64,000 nucleotides of DNA, taken from contig OZ260663.1 of assembly GCA_965285935.1 (NCBI GenBank), forward strand, positions 99,262,001 to 99,326,000, given 5' to 3'. Below are positions 39,198-52,350 of this stretch, in pieces. The notes below the pieces were generated by a model. That model was given only the letters and a program-made list of their open reading frames with translations, searched no databases and was not told where the DNA came from. The translations under genes and the position numbers were made by a program. The first letter of the stretch is position 1; each line of letters opens with the position of its first letter. This stretch comes from Ophelia neglecta. Lineage: Eukaryota.

Positions 39198-39786
39198 TAT
39201 GATCGAGGTGGTCCAAAATTGTCTTTGCATTTGTTGCTACTTTCAAGTAGTTTGTTGGCCTGTCTTGGTGTTGCTTGTTTTCATACTTCTCCTTTGTTTG
39301 GTATGATGTTGTAACTGCTTGGTTGTACTGAAACTTTCACTATTTTCACTGCTCACTTCCCTACACACTGTTTAAACTCATTCAACTGTCATCCACCGAC
39401 CGACAAACACTTCTTCCAAGCAATAGACTAAACATTTCTTCACTTCAAATCATCGTCATCAGCATTTTAACTGCTTAGCCTATTTCACTGAGGGACAAAA
39501 AGGTTTGTATTGTGGTTTTGTTTGTTCGATGTCATATTTAGTTAATATTAATTTAGTCCTTTTATTTGTTGTAACTCCTAATTAATGCATGTCTGTCCTT
39601 TGTATGTGTTTACATGTGTATGTACGTACAGTCAGAAGTTCATCTTCAATACATTTATGTTTTGTGTTCTTTATGATTTCTTAATGTTATTATTTTCTTT
39701 GTATTTAGTTTCACGGATTCCCTAATAAATCTTCCAGTTCAAACTCAAGTCTGCTTCTTCATCAATATATCGCTACAGCAGTTACA
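39198..39786 (+). repeat. 5' LTR
   Basis: TAT(G)...TTACA; three mismatches to the 3' LTR by eye. Confidence 0.95.
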
Positions 39787-40468
39787 GTGAAACTTTTTCC
39801 ATCAAACGTCATTCGAATGCCACTCATTTGTTAAGTTGGATCACCCCTTTTCTTTGACTACAGTCCTGTTTTGTGTCAGCATGTGCATTGTGATTGAACC
39901 TGAACTAATTGAGATAAACCTCCTTGGATAGTTTTGAATTTGATTTATCGCTGTATGCATGTCTTTGCTGAATATTGTAAAATAGATTGGTTATGTTGAA
40001 TATTCTATGTTTCAGGATTGTTTACTATGATTTACCTCTATTGGGATCGTTTGTATAATGTGTATGCAAAATGTGAGTACCGGTGTAGAATGTATGACTG
40101 TATTGTATTTGTAGGTATTGTTTCATGACCATTTTATTGTGTATAATTCGATCAGTTGAAGTTCTTGTGTATGACTTATATTCACCGATGTAGATAGAAT
40201 CGCTTAATCGATGTAAGGTTAACATCAGTTTAGAGCTAACATCCGAATGATCATATAGAGTAGTGTACATTCGGTTCGAAACCACTTAGGAAGTGTCAGT
40301 TTGTCCCCAGCCACATGGCTGAGGTATTTTTGCTACACTGTGGGCACTACATGTAACTTGCTTTCGAGCTTAGTACTTGTGGATTCTTACAGTGTAATTA
40401 TTCATCTCCTCTCATTCACATTGCTGCTCACCTTCATCATACCCGGTCTTAATATTCCATCTCTCATC

Positions 40469-43400
40469 ATGGATGCAAATAAGGTCACTCGTGAAGATCT
40501 TCTATGTTTGCGCGGCTTTGGCACAGTGAGGGCTGATAAATTTATTTGGAATATAGACAAAATTTGGGGCGCCCTTTGGACGATAGAGATTTTAGCATCA
40601 TTCCTGGGGTCCCTGGAACACTCATTGAACAGTTGGTAAAGGATGGAGATTTGTATTTTTCTAGTGTAACAAAAGGGGAACTTTCCTTTGATAGAAAATC
40701 TAAAGGTCCTAAATCACACACTTCTAGTCATCATGGTTCTAAACATTCGGACATTTCCTTTAAGCGGTTGGAGATGTCTCTTGAGTCTGAAGCGCTAAAG
40801 GTAAAATTGAAATATATGCAGGCAGAATCTGAGCAAAGGTTGGCTATGGAGAGACTGGATACTCAGAGGAAAATGGAGATCAACCAGGTACAATTGGAAA
40901 TGTTATCAGAATTTGAGCAGGACGAAAATCCTGATTTTGTTAGTTTAGGAAAGTCAGAGTTACCTGCCTCTGAGGGAAAGGGGTATATTTTGTCCAGATT
41001 TATTGGCACTGAAAATGTTGTAGCCGAAGGTGGGTATCCGACCGCAGAAATGAATACGCCTACTTTCTCTACCTTGAATTAAACTATATCATCTACTACT
41101 TCCCCGCACCTCGATTCTGCCTTAAATCCTCTGATGTCACCTTTGGATAATACTTTGTCTCAGTCTATCGGGTCAATACCTGTCACTCAGTCTCCTGTGA
41201 TCATGAACCCATTTGCTGATAATCCACAAGGCGATGTAGCTTTGAACCCCCTTCAAACTCTTGATGCTATGATTTTACCTGCTACCACGTCACATGATAA
41301 AGTGACCTTGCCTCAGGTCCAATTGCGGAATCCTTTGATAGCTTCTGATGTTCGAGCCCACTTTCTGGATGGTTTACTTCAACCTGGGGAGGGATTTATA
41401 TCTACCACCAACTCGCCACTGGTTTCCTCGAGGTATCGGATTTCCTCTATTTCCCTGACTCAGAATCCCCCTTTGTTGGTATCTTCTGATTCTCACTTTG
41501 AACCAATATCGCCTATTTTGGCACGAGTTTCCACTGGATCTACAATGACTTCGACTTCTACGGTGTCTTATTCGTATTCGTTAAGTCATCCATGCTCACC
41601 AAGCCCTATTAGTTCCACTCGTGTTTTGCCTCAGTCTGTAGTTTCTACTGTGCCGCATTACTCCCGTCAGGTAGTCTCTAGGGCCCACTATGTTCAGGCT
41701 AAAGAACCAGTGACCGGGATTTCATCCAATATGGGTTCCGGTCTTCCAGAATCTTTGATTTCTTTAATGGCTGACCAAATTTCGTTGAGCAGAATGGCAC
41801 CTCCTGAACCTGGCATTTTTACTGGAGATCCTCTTCAATATCCAGCATGGAAAGCAGCCTTTTCGACGCTGATAGAACAAAGACGCATTCCTCCTAGTGA
41901 GAAAGTATATTATCTTCACCTATACTTGGGAGGAGAGGCCAGGTCGGCTGTCGAGAGTTGTTTTTTTGGTGCCCGCTGATGAGGCTTTCGCTGATGCCAA
42001 GGCCTTGCTAGAAGAGCGCTTTGGTGATGCATTCATACTGGCCGGGGCTTTCAGGGATAAAATAGATTCTTGGCCTAAGTTACTGCCTCGAGATGGATTT
42101 GGTCTTAGGAAGTTAGTTGATTTCCTGCGCCAATGCGAGATTGCCATGAGATCAATTAGTTCATTGGCCGTATTAAATGATGAACGTGAGAACCAGAAGA
42201 TATTGTTAAAACTTCCCGATTGGATAGTCCTCCGGTGGGGGCGGTTGGTCTCCCAGATAAAAAGGGAAAAACGAATCTTCCCCTCGTTCAGTGAATTCGT
42301 GCGTTTTTTGGTGGACGAGGCAGAGATAGCATGTGATTCTGTAACTTCATTGCAAGCACTGAAAGAAGTGTCTCGTAGTTCTGAAAGAAAGGTGACTGGG
42401 GATTATGGACGTTCGCCTTTAAAGTCGGTTTTTGCATCTTCCGTGAAACCACAGTCTGTTCATGTTCAAGGTTTTGAGGGAGACCCACCCATTGCAGATA
42501 GTTTTTGTGGAGTAACCTGTCAATTTTGCCATGGAAACCATAAAACTGCTCTTTGTAAACAACTGGCATCAAAGACGCTGAATGAACGGAGAGCATTCAT
42601 ATTTGAAAGAAAATTGTGCTTTGGGTGCTTGGGAATGGACCACTTTTCCAGATTTTGTACTAGTCGGGAGACTTGTGCCACCTGTGGGAGGCGACACCCT
42701 ACTATCTTACATGACCAAAATGTCTCTGGTCAGAGGGTTGGGTCTGATTACATACCCGCAAGCACAACATTTGTTAGCAACCATGTCTATTCGGGGGATG
42801 TCGTCTATTCCAAAAGTGCTATGATAGTGCCAGTTTGGCTTGCTCATGAGTCTGACTCTAGTAAAGAAATTTTGATTTATGCCTTGCTTGATTCACAGTC
42901 GGACACTACCTTTGTTCTAGAGAGCACTTGTACTAGATTGGGGGTTGAGGGACCTAGTGTGAAATTATCTTTGTCCACAATGTTGGGTCTTAATCAGACT
43001 GTGGACAGTGCTCGTATCTCTGGGTTAACAGCCAGAGGTTTTGAATGTGACCTTACTATTCCTCTCCCTATTGCGTACACGAGGGAAATTATGCCGGCTG
43101 ACAGGTCCCATATCCCTAGCCCAGATATGGCAAAACAATGGCCTCATCTTGAAAAAATTAGTAATTTGTTGATGCCTATATGTGATTGTGAGGTGGGGTT
43201 GCTCATTGGATATGACTGTTCGCGAGCCCTGGCCCCTAGGGAAGTAATTGCTCCTTTGTACGGCGAACCCTTTGCCCAGAGAACCGACCTAGGGTGGGGA
43301 ATTATTGGGGTGGTTGGTCAAAAAGGTTCGGAGGGTGACGAGATCGGTGGCAGTCATATCACTGTATCTAGTGAACTTCCATCAGTTTCTATTTCCTTCC

Positions 43401-46400
43401 GCACTTCTGTCAGAGAGATTCCCATTGAAAAGATATCTAAAGCCCTCGAACTGGACTTTCTTGAACAAATGGGTCTTCTCTCTATGTCATTGGAGGACAG
43501 GAAATTTCTCCAAATTTTGTCTGAAAATATCCGAAAAAGAGAGGATGGTCATTATGAAATGCCATTACCATTTAGGAATGGCGCGCCTCAGTTGCCTAAC
43601 AACAGGATTTTGGCCATGCGGCGCCTGTTAAAGCTTGGGATTGATGACAACTACCACTCCTTCATGAAGGAGATGATTTCGCTGGGCTTTGCTGAACGGG
43701 CACCGACTGAATTCACCGAAGGTCGTGTATGGTATATACCACATCATGGCGTATATGGACAAGATAAATCAAAATTGAGAGTGGTTTTCGATTGTAGTGC
43801 CTGTTACAAGGGCGAGTCACTAAATGGGCACCTTCTTCAAGGACCCGATTTGACGAATACTTTGGTGGGAGTGCTTTGTCGGTTTCGCCAGTTTTCAACT
43901 GCCTTCCACTGTGATGTTGCAAAAATGTTCTATCAGTTTTTTGTTAGTCCTGAACACAGAGATTATCTACGATTTTGTGGATCGAGAATGGCGAAATTGT
44001 GGAATATCGCATGACTGTTCATGTATTTGGGGCGACGTCATCTCCTGGCTGTGCAAATTTTGGTATGAACAGTTGGCTATTGATGGCGAGAGTGAATTTG
44101 GAACCGACGCAGCTTCCTTCATTCGGAGGAATTTCTATGTGGATGATGGACTTTCATCAGTTACTTCTGTCGAGGGGGCAATAAAGTTACTCCACGATGC
44201 TCAGAGCATCTGTGAAAGGGCTGGATTACATCTGCATAAGATTGCGTCTAATGACAGAAAGGTGATCGATTCAGTTGATCCGCTGGATAGAGCAAAGGGC
44301 CTGGAGGAATTTGATTTGCTGTCAGAGAATCCTCTGCCGATAGAAAGGACACTTGGTTTGTTTTGGTGTATTGAATCCGACAATTTCGAATTTCGAATAA
44401 GCTTGCTTTATCGCCCATCTTCCAAGAGGGGTATTTTGTCCACTTTAGCACCTGTCTATGACCCGTTGGGTCTGATAGCGCCAGTTATTTTGACTGGTAA
44501 GCGGATCATCCAGGATCTATGTCGTTTGGGTTGTGATTGGGATGAACCTATTCCTACAGATCTGTTAAGAGAATGGGAACATTGGCGTGATGACCTATTG
44601 CTGCTACAAAACTTTCAGGTTCCTAGGTCATACCTCCCGGCGGAATTTGGTTGCGTGAGATCCACTGAGTTACATAATTCCTCAGATGCAAGCTCAATCG
44701 GATATGGCCAATGTTCTTTCTTGCGTGTAGTCAGTGATGCTGGTAAAGTACATTGTGCATTTGTCATGGGAAAGGCTAGAATAGCACCCCTAAAAATGAT
44801 CACTATCCCGCGACTGGAATTGACATCCGCCGTTGTCTAAGTCAGGGTTGGTTGTATCCTACGTGAGGAATTGGAATACAGCACTATTTCTGAACATTTT
44901 TGGTCTGATAGTAAAATAACCCATGGATATATCTCAAATGAATCCAGGCGTTTTCATGTCTTTGTTGCAAACAGAGTTCAACAAATTAGAGATCACACTT
45001 GCCCGTCTCAGTGGAATTACGTGAGATCTCATGATAATCCAGCTGACGAGGCTACACGCGATTTGTCAGCAGCTGATTTCTTGAAGCATTCTATATGGTT
45101 AACTGGTCCCGCCTTTCTCTGGCGTGGTCAGATTTCTGCTGAGGAGAATGCAACCTATGACTTATCCGAAACTGATCCTGAGGTCAAATGTGCTAATGTA
45201 TTGGCCACTTGTTCTAGTTCTCCCTCACCTCATTTGAAATTGAATGTTTCTGATATGATAGGGTATTTCTCCGACTGGTTTAGAGCAAAAAGAGCCATCG
45301 CCTGGGTTTTGAAATATAAACAAATACTAAAAGGTCAAGGAGATTCTCAATCGTTGAATTCGACCGATCTCGACAATGCTGAAAGGGAAATAGTAAGGCT
45401 CACTCAGGCTGAATCTTTTGAAGATGAGATCAATATTTTGAACTCCCTCTCTCTTGACAAGAGTCAGTTTACCTTGGACTGCGCTAAGCAGCGAAAAACT
45501 ATCTTGAAGAAAAGCAGTAGGCTGTTTCAATTGGATCCATTTGTGGACAGGCAGGGTATTCTTCGAGTTGGCGGTCGAATAAAGAGGGCCGACCTCCCTT
45601 TTGAAGAAAAATGCCCTGTAGTTTTCCCCCTCAACCACTTGGTTTCTCAGCTGGTGTCAAAACATTGTCACGAGAAAGTTGGACATCAAGGTCGAGGAAT
45701 AACTATCAACATGATTCGCAGTATGGGTTATTGGATTATTGGTTGTACGTCTGCTGTTTCGAGTCTTATACATTCATGTGTAACCTGTCGTAAACTAAGA
45801 GGTTGTGTTCAGACACAGAAAATGGCGGATTTACCAGAAGGCCGCCTGACTTCCGCTCCTCCTTTTACTTTCTGTGCTGTTGACTATTTTGGTCCTTGGT
45901 CGATTTGTGAGGGTCGTCGTCGCCTGAAACGATATGGAGCTTTGTTCACTTGCCTGGCATCGAGAGCTGTCCACCAGGCCTGGGGCAATTACTTGTCTAA
46001 AGTAATTAATTACCATTACAATTACTTAAAAAATTCATAATTACCATTACAATTACCAATACTTTCTTTTCTGGATGAAATAATTACAATTACAATTACT
46101 TTTGAAAGTAATTAATTACAATTACTAATTACTTTGATTATGGTGTTAATTGCCTTTAAATGATCACACAACAGGCTGTGTTAGTCATAACCTCTAAGAC
46201 AATAGAAGTCAATGAAATAAACACAACCCAGACAGTTGGGTGTCAAAGGCTGGGGCCAGCTAGAGTATGGGAAACCAACATTAAGCAATATGACCTCACA
46301 CTACCTGGTTTAACAAAGCATGATGGCCAAAGTACACATGTAATTCAAAAGTAATTGAAGTAATTAATTATTTTCGGTGTGCTTAATCATTACCATTACC

Positions 46401-47352
46401 ATTACTTTCCATTTTAAAACCAGAAGTAATGATTACTTAGAATTACTGTAAAAAATGTAATTAATTACAATTAATTACCATTACTAATGGTAATGGCCCC
46501 AGGCCTGCTGTCCACCTGGAGGTCTCTACTGCCCTCGACTCATCATCCTTTATTAATGCCCTGCGTCGCTTTATTGCCTTGCGAGGACCGATTCGTGTCC
46601 TCAGGTCTGACCAAGGAACCAATTTTGTTGGTGCCCAGCGTGAACTTGCCCAGTGTTTGTTAAACATGAACAACGAGGATGTGAAAAAATTTCTTCTCCG
46701 TCACGGATGTGACTACTCTGTTCAAATGAATCCTCCTTACGCTCGCCATTTTGGCGGCGTTTGGGAGAGACAGATTCGTACCGTCAGAAGTGTTCTATCT
46801 TGTATCCTCGAACGCTCTGCTTGTCAACTCGATGATGACTCTTTGAGGACGTTTATGTCTGAGGTCGGCGCTATTATTAATGCTCGACCATTGACCACTG
46901 ATAACCTTAACGATCCCGCTTCATTGAAACCACTCACTCCAAACCAGCTATTGACAATGAAATCAGAGATAATCGTTTCGCCCCCTGGCGAGTTTCAAGG
47001 AGCTGATGTTTATTCTAGGAAACGGTGGAGAAGGGTGCAGTACTTGGCAAACGTGTTCTGGTCACGTTGGCGAGTTGAATTTCTTCAGAATCTGCTGGCC
47101 CGCCAAAAGTGGCGTATTTCAAAACGCAATATGCAAGTGGGAGACATTGTCATTGTAAGTGAAGACTCGCCTCGTAACCAGTGGCGATTGGCTCGAGTTG
47201 TTCAAGTGTATCCCAGTGCTGATCAAAAGGTCCGCAAGGTTAGGATTGCCGTTGGTGATTCCTCTTCGGAGGGCTGTGGTAGGCAATTTTCCCCGGTGGT
47301 CGAATATGATCGGCCTGTCTGTAAACTTGTCCTTTTAGTTGAAGCAAACTAG
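40469..47352 (+). pseudogene. BEL/Pao gag-pol polyprotein, fragmented
   Basis: Consecutive ORF pieces separated by frameshifts (~40545, ~41965, ~43975, ~44065), stops (41080, 44838) and a MITE. Confidence 0.9.
45975..46507. mobile_element. hAT-type MITE (533 bp) inserted in the integrase
   Basis: Perfect 8-bp TSD CTGTCCAC (45967-45974, 46508-46515); 18-bp TIR CAGGCCTGGGGC(A/C)ATTAC; many taattac subterminal repeats. Removal restores RAVH|LEVSTALDSSSFINALRRF. Confidence 0.95.
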
Positions 47353-47433
47353 CTATTTATGGATCATACCCGGTTGACTAGTACATTTCACTTGGAGTAG
47401 AAATAAGGAATTTTACCTAATTTCGGGATGGTG

Positions 47434-48022
47434 TGTGATCGAGGTGGTCCAAAATTGTCTTTGCATTTGTTGCTACTTTCAAGTAGTTTGTTGGCCTGTC
47501 TTGGTGTTGCTTGTTTTCATACTTCTCCTTTGTTTGGTATGATGTTGTAACTGCTTGGTTGTACTGAAACTTTCACTATTTTCACTGCTCACTTCCCTAC
47601 ACACTGTTTAAACTCATTCAACTGTCATCCACCGACCGACAAACACTTCTTCCAAGCAATAGACTAAACATTTCTTCACTTCAAATCATCTTCATCAGCA
47701 TTTTAACTGCTTAGCCTATTTCACTGAGGGACAAAAAGGTTTGTATTGTGGTTTTGTTTGTTCGATGTCATATTTAGTTAATATTAATTTAGTCCTTTTA
47801 TTTGTTGTAACTCCTAATTAATGCATGTCTGTCCTTTGTATGTGTTTACATGTGTATGTACGTACAGTCAGAAGTTCATCTTCAATACATTTATGTTTTG
47901 TGTTCTTTATGATTTCTTAATATTATTATTTTCTTTGTATTTAGTTTCACGGATTCCCTAATAAATCTTCCAGTTCAAACTCAAGTCTGCTTCTTCATCA
48001 ATATATCGCTACAGCAGTTACA
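47434..48022 (+). repeat. 3' LTR
   Basis: TGTG...TTACA, preceded by purine-rich gggatggtg. Confidence 0.95.
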
Positions 48023-48416
48023 AAGGGTATTAACCTCTATTAACCTTTTCATTATATCCCAAACACAAAATATTACCCTCCGTAGCCCCATTTATTTGTA
48101 ACTTTTATTTTAAGAGCGATATTTGCAATGTAGTCGCAACATACAATAAAACCTACTAATGTTTTATTTTAGAATATGCTAATCCAACATTACAATTATT
48201 TCCGTAAAATGTAGATAAATCGAGAACGCACGTTAATTTATCTCCATAACGAGACGAGAAAGCAAGATAAATACAGTATTTAAACCCCACACATGCATTC
48301 GTATATTCAATATTCAATTTTTGGCTGTTTATGGCTGTTTTGATACCAGATTGCAAGACCCATTTATAATGATTAATAGTTTTTTTATATAAAATTATTC
48401 CATCTAAACTCTGCAG

Positions 48417-48592
48417 CTGTGATGAATATCTTGGCGGCCCTAAGGGGAGATACCGCTGGTATCGCCGAGGACGGCATCGCCCTATGAGGAGGCACCAACC
48501 GCTGTACCCCCGGGAAACTGGACGAGGGCAAGGCAATCTATGGCAGTGACGGCAAGGGAGGAGGTTGTGCCATCTTCTAAACAAAGGAGACG
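48417..48592 (+). pseudogene. Profilin-like gene, middle exon with two nonsense codons
   Basis: Acceptor ctgcag|, phase 1. AVMNILAALRGDTAGIAEDGIAL*GGTNRCTPGKLDEGKAIYGSDGKGGGCAIF*TKET. Donor |GTAGGT, phase 0. Confidence 0.8.
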
Positions 48593-49597
48593 GTAGGTAC
48601 ATGGGATTGTGGAGGGTGGGTTCGGAGGTGACACAAGGGAGCGTGATGGGATGAGAGCATGAGGGAGAATGGGGTTAGGGTGTATATACGTGGGACCGGA
48701 TGGGTGTTGAGATGGATTGGGGGTTTTGGAGGGGGTGACATACGGGTTTGGTGGGATAATAAGGAACATACGAGAATGGGGTGTTATTAGGGCGTTGCAT
48801 AATGGAGTGATGGTACAAAGCATGAGACCAGGACGTGTTCGACATATTTTACTGGAATTGGGTTCGGTTTAAGGTAGATTAATCTCACCTACGAAAACGA
48901 CAGTAGATACATGGCAGACAAAGCCAAGTCGATAAACACCATAGCCCCGCTCCCCAGGTTACTAACCTGTCAGAGCGGTCAATAGGCATAGGGAGTGTTG
49001 AGTTTCGGAGGATTTAATAGGTGTGGGCACACCTTTAAGGTGATAAGCAGTGTTTAGAGGTAGGCCGAATCCATGCGGCGTGGGTTTAAATAAACCACAC
49101 AAGAGCCTAACCTTATGTAATGAGACGGAACGCAATTCATTATCTGATTGGGAAATAAATTACGGCGGTACATTTAAACAGATTATTGTTTAATAATAAC
49201 TAAAACAATAACTTCAATTTGGGGGGGGGGGGGGGGCTGATCCCTCAACTTATTCAAAGATGATATTTATTTATTTATTTATTTTAATATCTTTATCCTG
49301 GGTAATACTTTTAGGCAACAGCTGTTCTACCAAGGAAAACAGCATGTAAGGAGATACATAAAATGCTAAAATCATCAATATTACACTATATATAAAGTAC
49401 AAAACCAATCATTACACATAGATACGTAAACAAAAACGCAGACTCAAGACGCACAACCAATTGAGATAATAAATAAATACATTGCCACGCATTCGTAATG
49501 ATGAGACCGATAGCAGTACACAAACACGCACACACACACATTAATATATTGTTTAAAGCCTGTTCTGTTCACACTCAGGTTCGTTTTCGTATTCCAG

Positions 49598-49690
49598 GTG
49601 CTCATCTGAATGTACAGTGAGGGTCCAGCTGAGGCGACCCGACTGGCGTCGGAAGTAGCTGAATACATCACAGACGAAGGTGGCCGGTAG
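49598..49690 (+). pseudogene. Profilin-like gene, last exon with one nonsense codon
   Basis: Acceptor attccag|. VLI*MYSEGPAEATRLASEVAEYITDEGGR* (compare profilin IIIGxY...VExLADYLxxxG). Confidence 0.75.
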
Positions 49691-52231
49691 GGGTCAGCAC
49701 CTTACACGAGACGCCGGTATGACCATCCCTGCCTCCAATGTCTCTGAGCTGATCAGAATATGACTGATATAGGACTGTAACTAAGCTCAAAGTGACTTTC
49801 GATGGAAAGTATTTAGATTCAAGTAACATTCGAGGCTTTTTAACTGCCTATAGTATTAATAAACTTCTACATTGACGGGAAAGAAATGCACATCGAATGG
49901 CAAATCAACCATGACGTAGTTTGTATTTTGATCCATTTGGTTTGGGTTACTGAGTAGTACGTGCATTATGTTTTTATGCCTTTTCATTCTAGTCTAACAC
50001 AATCCATCTTTTTTAATATTTTGTATTTTATTGCATTGGTATAAAGCATTTTTTTTTTTAAATTCCAGTTATTCGCAAGCTTTATGCTATATATGCTATA
50101 TCTTGTATCAGTGACAGTAGAAACTTATATGCTATGACGTCATAGTTGACACGTGTTTTATAGTCACGTGGGAGTGAAGCCTGTCGATAGTAACTTTTCA
50201 TTGGTAGCGGTGTGCTGCGCTAGCGTGTGACACGTTAAAATAAATAGATCCCTGAGACCCTTCTAAGGCATTATCTGCGGCAGGGTCTTCAGAATTCAAT
50301 TTTAAATAATAAGGACCTTATCATTGAACAGAAGGTTTAACGTCGTTTGAACAAATGATTAACTATTTGAATGTCCAGTAGACGATGTTTTTCGATCCGG
50401 TGGTATTTAATTATCAAAGATATAAATGTTACCGTGGTAACACTGGTTGTTGTGGGGTAGTTAGTCGGTGTAACTCACTACTCCAGTCATTTATTCGACG
50501 GGGTTTTTAACGTGCAGGTGTAATGTTGCTTTCGCCTTCTTGATATTGACAAATATAATCTGCATATTTTAAATTTACCAATACATTCGATATTCGTAAA
50601 CACAAAGTAAATTAGTGTCAATCTGTATAATATACATTGAGCTTCGTGTTTATTTTATTTGTTTGTTCTTTAATCATCCTCGTCTTCCCGGTTGACTTGT
50701 TCGGATACATTGATTTTCCGATATGATATTTTCTATGGCTTGCTCCTTTCATGTGTATCTGCTCCAGCACTGTTAAATGATGTCTTATATGGCTCGGTGG
50801 TCCTTTGGTGTCACAGATCTGTCGATATCTTTGCAAATGTAAAATAGCCATAACCACAATATTTCGTTTTTGAACTAATCTTATTGCTTAGTATAATGAT
50901 ATAATGATCAAAATAGGGCCTTACATGGGGTAAGTATGTAAAAGAGACATGTAAGCAATGGTTAATCCTTAACATGTGTCTCTGTCTATAGCTTGAATGT
51001 AACGCATCACTAGGAATCTCGACATTATAAACCACTCTATGTATATCAATTGTCTCGTACCTTGTTATTTTAAACTCCCGACAAACCCAGCATAACCTGT
51101 TTCGTCCACCATCAACAGCTTGCAGGCACACACACACATATACATATACAAATGATATAACAAAAAAGAACCACGTTTGCTTCAGTATTTACAGAAACAC
51201 TGATTGAAATCGCTTCATCTCCGATCATATCTGTCAATCATCTTAGCAAAATTTCAATGTCGTGCATGCCTTAATAGAATAAGAACTGGTTATAGATCTA
51301 TCTGCTTACTATGCACCTGTAAAACCCCGTTTACTGGGAAAAGGGCTGACATACTAATACCAGGGACTGTTTTATTTTGAAGAAAAAGAGGAGGGGATTT
51401 CATTATTTGTCTCTAGAATTCCCTGGAGTATGAACTAGGCTTTATATTACATAGCAAGCTGTTCATGTACTAACACTTATTAAATCACAAAGAAAACACG
51501 GTGCAAATAAATAAAGTAAAAGACAAAATGACTTAATTTATAACAGCCAGTTACTTAAACGACCTCAGCCGTCAAACAATACTGTCACAAACCAGATAAA
51601 AATATCATTATTGACTAACTAATTATTAAGACCACGGTGGACTGTTGTAACATTATTTTCTGTTTATCTGACCAAGTAGGCTTTATGTTACCATGATGGT
51701 CTCACATTTTCTCTCACTCCGATTTGATAATGTACCAATCCATGCGTTTATGCCCGTAAGGAGGCACTGTGTTTATCACTACATACGGAGATACAACGCG
51801 ACAAATAGTTTCGTGTTCCCTTCCGGCTTTTTAAAGGAAAACTTGATCCATGACATATGTTAACACAGCTCAGGGGATCAATAACGCGACTACAAAACAA
51901 TAAGATGGTTAACAGGGTAATGAATGCCTTGATAAGCTGGCATTCTATTTTCAACCCCAAAACCATCGATTCAGCTCTCATGGTAACATAAATTAAACGA
52001 GTCTAATGAAATAGATAATTATTTAAAACTTGAATAATATCCTTTGTGCATTTCAATGAACTTGTCAATCACAGTTATCAAACAATATAAGCGGATTTCA
52101 CTAGACGGATTTAATTCACTTATAAAGTTTCTGCCAATTCTGACGAATAAATTACATGTTTGATTTATTGGTTCGCCTTAGATGTTGATTCAATGACTAC
52201 ATTCATTAGAATAAATATTTACCAAAACATT

Positions 52232-52350
52232 AGAATCCCAAATGTACCCTCGAGTCCTCAATGTAATCTCGAATCCCAATGTATACTCGAATCCCTAAGG
52301 TACCCTCGAGTCTCCAATGTACCCTCGAGTCCCCAATGAACCTTCGAGTT
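52232..52350. repeat. ~20-bp tandem repeat
   Basis: Unit ccaatgtaccctcgagtcc, about 5-6 copies. Confidence 0.8.

Larger units (their letters stand above)
39198..48022 (+). mobile_element. Full-length BEL/Pao LTR retrotransposon (defective)
   Basis: Two 589-bp LTRs and TSD AAGGG (39193-39197, 48023-48027). Gag (FTGDPLQYPAWK, triple CCHC), protease (ALLDSQSD), RT (WYIPHHGV, LRVVFD, FYVDDGL), RNase H (SDAS, TIPRLEL), integrase (HHCC, VDYFGP, SDQGTNFVGA, GGVWERQIR). Confidence 0.97.

Noticed and set aside
48485-49609. Selenocysteine or stop read-through in the profilin-like gene
   Set aside because: One of the three stops is TAA at a likely Lys position, the TGA codons fall at likely Gly/Trp positions, and no SECIS was seen; pseudogene is simpler
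50618-51137. Minus-strand ORFs as a decayed 7TM exon
   Set aside because: No recognisable motif could be supported
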